Source: Luminiphilus sp.
GTDB taxonomy: Bacteria > Pseudomonadota > Gammaproteobacteria > Pseudomonadales > Halieaceae
Reading direction: 5' to 3'
Length of the DNA: 64,000 bases
Assembly (NCBI GenBank): GCA_965656065.1
Contig: CBFHIW010000003.1
Span: 23,035-87,034, forward strand
How positions within the stretch are numbered: the first letter of the stretch is position 1; the number at the start of each line of letters is the position of its first letter. A program made the position numbers and the translations under genes. Shown piece by piece: positions 29,797-37,349 of this stretch. Below the pieces are notes generated by a model. It made no database searches, was not told where the DNA came from, and saw only the letters and a list, made by a program, of their open reading frames with translations.

Positions 29797-30061
29797 ACCG
29801 GCAGTCTCCATAGTGAGCGACAACATGTCAGGCACCGATGCCCGTTAACAGTGCTTGTCATAGTAACCGTCAGCGGTGCCTGCAAGGTCTGCTCGCAATG
29901 CACACTTGTGGCGGCCGTCCGTCAGGTTGCTCGTATTGGCCATCGTCAAATCTGATACACCCTAGCGCCATTTTGCTGTCGCCTTAACCCCGATACGCGC
30001 TGCGGCGATGCCCTTTTCGTCAAACAGCGGCGATCTTGTGCGAACGCCCCGGCGCTTACTT

Positions 30062-30084
30062 ATTGGCACTATTTATGCCAATAT
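30062..30084 (+). promoter_or_regulatory. Copy C of recurrent element: aTTGGCActatttaTGCCAATAT (perfect ATTGGCA-N7-TGCCAAT palindrome; TGGCAC-N5-aTGC)
   Basis: Read directly. It ends 36 nt before the GST-like ATG (30121). It is the best sigma-54-like copy and the only perfect 7+7 palindrome. Confidence 0.5.
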
Positions 30085-30120
30085 ATAGATCGCTTCAAGA
30101 CCCCGCAAGGAGTTCCAACG

Positions 30121-31161
30121 ATGTCTCTCGAACCCGTCCAGCTGGTGGGGGGAACCGGCTCGCCCTACACCCAGAAGATGGTGGCCTTGCTGCGTTACCG
30201 ACGCATCCCCTACGCCATTACCTGGAGCCAGCCCGAGACGCGGTGCGAGGCACTGGGCGTCGAGGCACCCAAACCGACCTTTATGCCCACCTTCTTTTTT
30301 GAAGAGGGCGACGAGCTGACCGCGCACTGCGATTCCACCCCGATTATTCGTCGACTGGAGGCAGACCACGCTGACCGGTCGGTATTACCTGAAGATCCTG
30401 CACTCGCCTTTATCGATTACCTGATTGAGGATTTCGCCGACGAGTGGTGTACGAAATATATGTTCCACTACCGCTGGCATTTCGAGGCTGACGCCGACAA
30501 CGCCGGCACCAAATTACCGCTCAGCATGGATGTCTCCATGCCGCAGTCGCAGTTTCAGCAGTTCAAGGACTTCATCTCCCAGCGGCAGATCGATAGACTG
30601 TGGGTGGTCGGTTCCAACGAGGAAACAGCGCCCATAATTGATGCCAGCTATCGGCGGTTCCTCGCCGCGATGGAGGCGCATCTCGCTAATCAGCCCTTCA
30701 TGCTGGGTCGTCGCCCGGGTGCCGGTGACTTCGGCCTGTTTGGTCAGTTGAGTCAGTTGGTGGGCTTTGACCCCACGTCACGAGAGATTGCCCACGCAGT
30801 TGCACCGCGCACGGTCGGCTGGGTCGATCGCATGCCGGATGGCAGCGGCCTGATGCCCGAGGACTCGGATTGGTTCGCCATCGAGGATCAGCCTGCGAGT
30901 CTCAGAGGATTGTTAGAGGAAATCGGACGGGTCTATACGCCGGCGCAACTTGCGAATGCGCAGGCCGTGATGGCGCAAGAGAAAACCTGGGAATGCGAGA
31001 TCGATAGCGCGAGGTGGCACCAGCGGACCTTCCCCTATCAGGCCAAGTGTTTGCAATGGACTCGGGATCAATACGGGCAGCTATCGGCGGTTGATCGGGC
31101 GCGCGTCGACGCATTAATCGCCGGCACCGGGATTGAGCCAATGTTGGAGGGGGTGAAATGA
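30121..31161 (+). CDS. Glutathione S-transferase-family protein (long form)
   Basis: N-terminal thioredoxin-like GST_N pattern LVGGTGSPYTQKMVALLRYRRIPY and a helical C-terminal domain; 346 aa. AAGGAG lies 8 nt upstream. Confidence 0.65.
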   Translation: MSLEPVQLVGGTGSPYTQKMVALLRYRRIPYAITWSQPETRCEALGVEAPKPTFMPTFFFEEGDELTAHCDSTPIIRRLEADHADRSVLPEDPALAFIDYLIEDFADEWCTKYMFHYRWHFEADADNAGTKLPLSMDVSMPQSQFQQFKDFISQRQIDRLWVVGSNEETAPIIDASYRRFLAAMEAHLANQPFMLGRRPGAGDFGLFGQLSQLVGFDPTSREIAHAVAPRTVGWVDRMPDGSGLMPEDSDWFAIEDQPASLRGLLEEIGRVYTPAQLANAQAVMAQEKTWECEIDSARWHQRTFPYQAKCLQWTRDQYGQLSAVDRARVDALIAGTGIEPMLEGVK

Positions 31162-32105
31162 GCGCCGCGCCGATCAAAAACCGGGTGACCAAGATCACGG
31201 GGACCGACTACCCCATTATTCAGGCGCCGATGAGTTGGATCGCCCGCTCTCAGCTGGCCTCTGCAGTCTGCAATGCCGGTGGCATGGGCATTATCGAGAC
31301 CGGCTCAGGTGAGCTCGACGCGATCCGTGGTGAGGTCCTGAAAATGCGCGAGCTCACCGACAAACCCTTTGGCATAAATGTCGCGCTCGCCTTCGTAAAG
31401 GGCAGTAACTTCATCGACTTCGTGGTCGAACAGAACCTGCCTTTTGTCACGACCTCTTCAGGCAGTCCCGCGGTCTGCACCGAGATCTTCCAGCAGGCGG
31501 GCATCAAGGTGTTTCATGTGGTGCCCACGCTCGATATGGCGCTCAAGGCGATCGACTGTGGCGTGGATGGCTTGATCGTCGAAGGCGGTGAGGGAGGCGG
31601 TTTTAAAAACCCGAGCCCGGTCTCGCTGATGGTCCTCCTGCCGCTCATTCGCTCGCGAACTGATATCCCGATCATTGCCGCGGGCGGTATTTGCGACGGG
31701 CCGTCGATGGCGGCGACATTTACGATGGGTGCCGAGGGAGTGCAAATGGGCACCCGCATGCTGAGCAGCGCCGAGTCCCCGGTCCATCAGAATTGGAAGC
31801 AGGCCGTAGTGGAGGCGAAGGAGACCGACACGGTGCTCCTGAACCAACAATCCCGGCCGGCATTGCGTGCCTTGCGCACCGAGCGCACCGCCGCGCTGCA
31901 GCCGCTGGGGGCCTTCGACTTCCGCGAACAGTTAGCTGGTGTGCAAGAGCTGTATTTTGGGGGCGACATGGAGGCGGCGATTCCGCTGTCCGGTCAGGTC
32001 GTGGGCCGCATCGATGCGGTACAGCCCGTTGCGGAAGTGATTCAGAGCACCATGAGCGGTTTTTATGAGTCGCTGGGTCACTTGCAGGACTATGCCAGCT
32101 CGTAA
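31158..32105 (+). CDS. Nitronate monooxygenase (NMO / 2-nitropropane dioxygenase family, FMN TIM barrel)
   Basis: ITGTDYPIIQAPMSWIA..., GLIVEGGEGGG, IIAAGGI, GAEGVQMGTR motifs. ATGA overlap with the GST gene. Confidence 0.85.
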   Translation: MSAAPIKNRVTKITGTDYPIIQAPMSWIARSQLASAVCNAGGMGIIETGSGELDAIRGEVLKMRELTDKPFGINVALAFVKGSNFIDFVVEQNLPFVTTSSGSPAVCTEIFQQAGIKVFHVVPTLDMALKAIDCGVDGLIVEGGEGGGFKNPSPVSLMVLLPLIRSRTDIPIIAAGGICDGPSMAATFTMGAEGVQMGTRMLSSAESPVHQNWKQAVVEAKETDTVLLNQQSRPALRALRTERTAALQPLGAFDFREQLAGVQELYFGGDMEAAIPLSGQVVGRIDAVQPVAEVIQSTMSGFYESLGHLQDYASS

Positions 32106-32269
32106 TGTCTGATCAGAGCACCGCACCGCTCACTTTGCTGGGCTCCAATATCTCCTCCTTCACGGAGAAGATGGAGAACTACCTCCGGCTCAAGCAGATT
32201 CCCTATCGGCTGGAGAGCATGCAGTTTTCAGCCGTGCGCATGCTGACGGCACGTGAAATCATCGACTGA
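32105..32269 (+). pseudogene. Truncated GST N-terminal remnant (54 codons)
   Basis: Below the ORF-track size cut-off. MSDQSTAPLTLLGSNISSFTEKMENYLRLKQIPYRLESM... parallels the N-terminus of the GST at 30121 (LVGGTGSPYTQKMVALLRYRRIPY) and then stops. Its start overlaps the NMO stop (TAATG). Confidence 0.4.
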
Positions 32270-32282
32270 TCAGGAGCTTGCC

Positions 32283-32684
32283 ATGAACCGGCAAACGCAA
32301 AACTTATCCGCACTGCTCTTGGTCTTGAGCATCACGGTTTCAGCGGCCTGCCATGCCGCGGCCGACTTGTCTGGCTACTGGCAGCACGAGAGCGATCCGG
32401 TGTGGATTGAGATGCAGCCCGACACCGGTCAGGGGGTCATGGTGCGCAACGACAACCGGCCGGACCGCGTGGGCTTTTTGGTCGTCACCGATCTGGAGAC
32501 CAGCGATGGCCCCAATGAATGGTCCGCGCAGGTCTTTGCTGCGCGGTTGGGCGAGTACCGAAAAGCGGAGATCACCTTATCGGCTGACGACCGCATGGTT
32601 TTCACCGTGAAGGTCGGGTTTGTCCGCCGTTTGTTGGAGTGGCGCCGCGTATCAGAGGTGCCGCCTGCGCCCAAGGACGCGTAA
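32283..32684 (+). CDS. Small secreted protein, DUF2147-like
   Basis: Trimmed to MNRQTQNLSALLLVLSITVSAACHA (AGGAG upstream). G-Y-W...W...V.V...R..W.R spacing resembles DUF2147. Low certainty. Confidence 0.5.
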   Translation: MNRQTQNLSALLLVLSITVSAACHAAADLSGYWQHESDPVWIEMQPDTGQGVMVRNDNRPDRVGFLVVTDLETSDGPNEWSAQVFAARLGEYRKAEITLSADDRMVFTVKVGFVRRLLEWRRVSEVPPAPKDA

Positions 32685-32720
32685 ACTCCGCCGAATACAA
32701 AAATAAGCCAGAGAGACATT

Positions 32721-34700
32721 ATGAGAACACGTTTAGTGCTTGCCGCGAGCCTGCTGACTATGATCACTGCCTGCACTGAAGAGGTGGGCTTAATCGACGA
32801 GGACAACAATTTTGGTGGGCGCGGGGGCAATTCCCTCGAACCGGTGATGGATATTATGGATCGCACGCCGCCACCCGCGAACCCGCTCCGCAATGCCTAC
32901 TTTGGCGATCTGCATGTGCACACCGAATATTCCTTTGACGCCTATAACTTTGGCACCACCGCCACACCCTACGACGCCTACCGCTTTGCCCAGGGCGAGG
33001 CGATCGAGCACCCGGCGGGCTACCAGATTCAGATGGCGACACCGCTCGACTTTTACGCCGTCACCGACCACGCCATGTTCCTCGGTCTTGCACTGGAAGC
33101 GGGCGACACTACCACGCCGTTTTCCCAGTACGCCGTGTCACAGCCGCTGCATAACCTGAACGCCGAGGACAACATGGGCGAGCTGAGTCTGGTCACGCGG
33201 CTCGGCAACTTTGCTTCATTCATTCCCGACACGCTGGCGGGCATTCTCTCGGGAGAGATCTCGGAAGAAATGGCCATCGGAGTGACCCGACGGGCTTGGG
33301 CGGACATCATCAATGCGGCTGAGCAGTACAACGACCCCGGTCACTTCACAACCTTTGTGGCCTACGAGTACACCTCGTCCACCGACGATGTCGGCAACTT
33401 GCATCGCAACGTGGTGTTCCGCGGCGCCGACAAATTGCCGGCCGTGCCGTTCTCCCGACTGAACTCCCAGAACCCGGAGGGTCTCTGGGACTGGATGGAT
33501 ACGCTGAGAAATCAGGGTATCGAAAGTCTGGCGATTCCCCACAACTCGAACGGCTCCAACGGCCAGATGTTCAAGCTGGTGGACTGGGCAGGCGACCCCA
33601 TGGACGATGAATACGCCGATCAGCGTATGCGCAACGAGCCTATTGTGGAGATCACCCAGGTCAAGGGCACGTCGGATACCCATCCGCTGCTATCACCCAA
33701 TGATGAGTGGGCCGACTTTGAGATCTACAAGTTCCGCGTGGGCACCAGCCTGCACAGCGAAGAGAAGGGCAGTTACGTCCGCGAGGCTTTGCGCAGTGGC
33801 TTGGCGCTGGAAGCACAGGGCGTGAAGAACCCCTACCAATTCGGCTTTGTCGCGGCGAGCGACACCCACGTGGCGGGCACCAGTGACGACGAGGAAACCT
33901 ATTTCTCCAAGGCGGGCCTGCTGGATGGCTTGCCCGAGCGCCGCGGCTCGGTACCAGTGGACACTATGTATGGCCTGATCGCGCGCTTTCTGGCCCCCGA
34001 CACCTTGACCGAGGTCGACGGGCGTACCTACACCTACGGCGGTGGCTTCGAGAGCTGGAGCGCCTCGGGTGTGACCGGTGTCTGGGCCGAGGAGAACACC
34101 CGGGATGCTATCTATGATGCCTTCCGCCGCAAGGAAACCTTCGCCACTTCGGGCCCGCGCATGCGCGTGCGGTTTTTTGCGGGCCACGATTATGCCCCAG
34201 ACATTCTGGACTCCGAGACCATGATCGAAGAGGCCTACGCGGGCGGTGTGGCGATGGGCGGCGAGCTTGCCAACTCGGGTGAGCCCCCGCGATTTGTGGC
34301 CTGGGCCAGTGCAGACCCGCGCGGCACGGCGCTTCAGCGACTGCAGATCATCAAGGGTTGGGAAAAGGATGGTGAAACCTACGAAGAGGTCTACGACGTT
34401 GCCTGCTCTGACGGTCTGACCCCTGATCCCGATACCCACCGCTGCGGCGATAACGGTGCCCGGGTCAACATCTCAGACTGCAGTATCACTGAGGGCGTTG
34501 GCGCCGCTGAGCTGAAGACGGTATGGCAGGACCCCGACTATGACCCTGACAGCCGCGCGTTTTACTACGTGCGTGCATTGGAAAACCCAACCTGCCGATG
34601 GTCGACATGGGATGCGATCCGCGCCGGGGTTGAGCCGCGCCCTGACCTGCACACCACGCTTCAGGAGCGCGTCTGGAGCTCACCGATCTGGGTGCGCTAA
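32721..34700 (+). CDS. DUF3604-family lipoprotein (PHP-like metal-dependent fold)
   Basis: Lipobox LLTMITAC. YFGDLHVHTEYSFDAY near the N-terminus and a 659-aa length match my recollection of DUF3604. Confidence 0.7.
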   Translation: MRTRLVLAASLLTMITACTEEVGLIDEDNNFGGRGGNSLEPVMDIMDRTPPPANPLRNAYFGDLHVHTEYSFDAYNFGTTATPYDAYRFAQGEAIEHPAGYQIQMATPLDFYAVTDHAMFLGLALEAGDTTTPFSQYAVSQPLHNLNAEDNMGELSLVTRLGNFASFIPDTLAGILSGEISEEMAIGVTRRAWADIINAAEQYNDPGHFTTFVAYEYTSSTDDVGNLHRNVVFRGADKLPAVPFSRLNSQNPEGLWDWMDTLRNQGIESLAIPHNSNGSNGQMFKLVDWAGDPMDDEYADQRMRNEPIVEITQVKGTSDTHPLLSPNDEWADFEIYKFRVGTSLHSEEKGSYVREALRSGLALEAQGVKNPYQFGFVAASDTHVAGTSDDEETYFSKAGLLDGLPERRGSVPVDTMYGLIARFLAPDTLTEVDGRTYTYGGGFESWSASGVTGVWAEENTRDAIYDAFRRKETFATSGPRMRVRFFAGHDYAPDILDSETMIEEAYAGGVAMGGELANSGEPPRFVAWASADPRGTALQRLQIIKGWEKDGETYEEVYDVACSDGLTPDPDTHRCGDNGARVNISDCSITEGVGAAELKTVWQDPDYDPDSRAFYYVRALENPTCRWSTWDAIRAGVEPRPDLHTTLQERVWSSPIWVR

Positions 34701-34770
34701 TAATCAGGCAGTCATTCGGCCCCTGGCATTAGAGGGTGGTGCTAGCACTGCGTCACCCAAGACGTCAGAT

Positions 34771-35967
34771 TTAACAGCGCTCCAGTAGCAGCGCGCTGCC
34801 GCTGCCGGCAGCGCCGCTGGCGGCGACGATGCCGCTGCTCAGCTGTTGGCGGTGTAACTCATCAATCAATGTGCCGGTCATGATGGCGCCGGTGGCGCCC
34901 ATCGGGTGGCCTAGTGCGATCACGCCGCCGTTGACGTTGAGACGTGAGTCGTCGATGCCGAGTACCTGGCGGGTTTTGACCACGGTCGCCGCGAAGGCCT
35001 CGTGTATCTCGAATAAATCGATGTCCTGAGTGCGGAGGTTTTGATCAGCCAATAGCGCCTCGGTCACCGTCACGCAGCCGCTCACCACTTCCAGCGGCTC
35101 GCCCGATGCTGTGGCGCTCATGACAAGGCGCGCTTTGGGCGCCATACCGAGTGACTTCCCCAGCCCTTCGTCTCCGAGCAAAACCAGCGCCCCGGCGTCA
35201 CACATTGCGGGTGAGTTGCCCATGGTATGAACGTGCTCGATCGCGCTCAGTTCGGGAAACTTTTGCAATTGCACCTGATCGGCGCCCGCCGCACCGAGCT
35301 CCGCAAACGCGGCGGGTAACTTCGCTAGTCGCTCTGCCGTCATGTCAGCGCGGATACACTCGTCCTCACTGATCATCCCTTCGGGTGTCTCGACGGGGAT
35401 GATCGACTGAAACCGCCCCTCCTGCTGCGCCAGGGCGGCGCGCTGCTGGCTCTGCAGCGCAACGGCGTCGCAATCTTCCCGGTTGGCGCCAATACGCGTG
35501 GCGATCAGATCGGCACCGCTACCCATCAACAACATTTGATGCTGGACCGCATAAGCGGGATCACTGAAGACCCGTGCTTCGTCAGACAGCATCGGCACGC
35601 GGGACATCATTTCGACACCACCGGCGACGACTGCCTCGGTGTAACCGGCCGCAACCTTGAGCCCCGCCAGCGCGATGGCATCGACGCTGGATGAGCAAAA
35701 GCGATGCACCGTCAGCCCGGATACAGACTCCGGCCAGCCGGCAAAAAGCGCAGAGGTTTTGGCGATATTGCCGGCTTGCTCGCCATGTTGGGTGACGCAG
35801 CCCAGAATCACCTCCGTCACGCGCGCAGGGTCTAGCTGGTTGCGCTGCGCCAGTGCCTGATACAGCGGCTTCAGTAACTCAGGTGGCGTTAAAGGGTGCA
35901 GTCCGCCATTGGCTTTGGCCCGGGTCCGCGCGCTGCGTATGGCATCGTAGATAAAAACATCCTTCAC
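34771..35967 (-). CDS. Acetyl-CoA C-acyl/acetyltransferase (thiolase)
   Basis: Trimmed to GTG (VKDVFIYDAIRSARTRA...), which overlaps the upstream stop (GTGA). Active-site blocks VHRFCSSSVDAI (Cys), NVNGGVIALGHPMGATG and the C-terminal region are present. Confidence 0.85.
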   Translation of the reverse strand: MKDVFIYDAIRSARTRAKANGGLHPLTPPELLKPLYQALAQRNQLDPARVTEVILGCVTQHGEQAGNIAKTSALFAGWPESVSGLTVHRFCSSSVDAIALAGLKVAAGYTEAVVAGGVEMMSRVPMLSDEARVFSDPAYAVQHQMLLMGSGADLIATRIGANREDCDAVALQSQQRAALAQQEGRFQSIIPVETPEGMISEDECIRADMTAERLAKLPAAFAELGAAGADQVQLQKFPELSAIEHVHTMGNSPAMCDAGALVLLGDEGLGKSLGMAPKARLVMSATASGEPLEVVSGCVTVTEALLADQNLRTQDIDLFEIHEAFAATVVKTRQVLGIDDSRLNVNGGVIALGHPMGATGAIMTGTLIDELHRQQLSSGIVAASGAAGSGSALLLERC

Positions 35968-37199
35968 GAACCAACGCCTACGACAAAGCTGGCGCAGGTC
36001 GTCGTACTGCCGCCCACATTGAAGGTGATCATGTTTTCGGCATTGGCGATCTGATAATCCCCCGCCTGACCGGTGACCTGTCGCGCGCAATCGAGCACCA
36101 TGCGGACGCCCGTCGCGCCAACCGGATGTCCCAGCCCAATCAGTCCCCCACTGGGGTTGATCGGAAAGTCACCGTCTCGTGTGATGCGGCCTTCTTCCAC
36201 CGCCTTCCAGCTTTCGCCTGGGGCGGTCAGGCCACAGTGATCAATCGCCATATATTCGGTGATCGTGAAGCAATCATGGGTCTCAAGACCGTCGAGGTCA
36301 GTGATGTCTGTCATCCCCGCTCTCGCTCGCGCGTCGGCCAGTGCCTGCGCCGCATGCGGAAATATCAGGTCGTGATCTTTCGAGGCAGCCAGTTTCGTTT
36401 CCAACAAAATGGGTGCGGAGCGGTGCCCCCAGCCTTTGATGCGCGGCATATCGGCGAGCTGTAGGCCACGATCCTGACTGTGTGCCCGGGCGAAGCGCTC
36501 ACTGGCCAGAATCACGCAGGCCGCTCCGTCGGTGATCTGCCCACAGTCGAGTTTGCGCACCCGGCCTTCGATAGAGGGGTTGAGAGCGGGGTCGTTGCCA
36601 AAGCTTCCCTCGGCAAAGGCCCAGTCTCGTGTCTGTGCCCGCGGGTTCTTCTTAGCGTTGCCAAAATTAATCTCGGCAATGCGAGTCAGCGGTTGGTCGT
36701 CAATGCCGTAGCGGTGGTCATACTCTTGTGTAATGCGATCAAACAGAAAAGGCCATGGGAACTCACAGCTCGTCGCTTCATGTCCCTGCCAGGCGGCGGC
36801 CCCCAGATATTCGGCCCCGGTTCTGCCATCGACATTGCGCATCAGCTCCAGACCGACCACGCAGGCAACATCATAGTGGCCGGCTTCAATGTCGCGCATG
36901 GCCGCCAGCAGGGCCATTGACCCCGAGGCGCAGGCGGCTTCGTGCCGAGCGGTCGGCAAATTGCCGAGCTCCGGGTACACCTGGCCAAAGAACCCCCCGA
37001 TCAGGCCTTGACGCGTAAACAGGTCGCCCACGAAGTTACCCACGTGGCCCACCTCAATCTGAGCCGGTTCGATTGCCGCTTGCTGAACCGCGTCTTGTAG
37101 AGCTGCGGCAAACAGGTCGTAGATCTCTAGATCTTCCCGCGCCCAGTTACGCGCAAAGTCAGTTTGGCTGCCGCCGAGGATATAAATAGGCGCATGCAT
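35964..37199 (-). CDS. Thiolase-like protein (SCP-x / lipid-transfer-type thiolase)
   Basis: Trimmed to MHAPIYILGGSQTDFARNW (GGGAGA upstream). EAACASGSMAL (Cys), NPSGGLIGLGHPVGATG. 411 aa. Confidence 0.75.
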   Translation of the reverse strand: MHAPIYILGGSQTDFARNWAREDLEIYDLFAAALQDAVQQAAIEPAQIEVGHVGNFVGDLFTRQGLIGGFFGQVYPELGNLPTARHEAACASGSMALLAAMRDIEAGHYDVACVVGLELMRNVDGRTGAEYLGAAAWQGHEATSCEFPWPFLFDRITQEYDHRYGIDDQPLTRIAEINFGNAKKNPRAQTRDWAFAEGSFGNDPALNPSIEGRVRKLDCGQITDGAACVILASERFARAHSQDRGLQLADMPRIKGWGHRSAPILLETKLAASKDHDLIFPHAAQALADARARAGMTDITDLDGLETHDCFTITEYMAIDHCGLTAPGESWKAVEEGRITRDGDFPINPSGGLIGLGHPVGATGVRMVLDCARQVTGQAGDYQIANAENMITFNVGGSTTTCASFVVGVGS

Positions 37200-37349
37200 G
37201 GTGATTCTCCCTGTACTGACGCTGATCCTAGGCGGCGCGCCGTGGGGTGGCAAGCGCTACCGGCCGGCCAGGTGCGCATTGCGGCCAGCCATTTTTCCTT
37301 GCTAGGCTGTTGCCCCGATAGCCGCGCAAGCGAATGGGCGGAGACAACG

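Noticed and set aside
35940-36061. Apparent +1/-1 frame disturbance when I hand-translate the printed lines 35941-36060. There seems to be a missing g at the 35940/35941 line break and an extra c at 36060/36061. If real, this would break the thiolase gene and fuse the two thiolase frames.
   Set aside because: Both ORF-track translations are continuous and carry intact thiolase motifs. Coordinates on both sides (35858-35860, 36088-36090, 36126) agree with the track. I attribute the disturbance to my own reading at the line boundaries, not to a real frameshift. Resequencing or re-reading the raw string would settle it.
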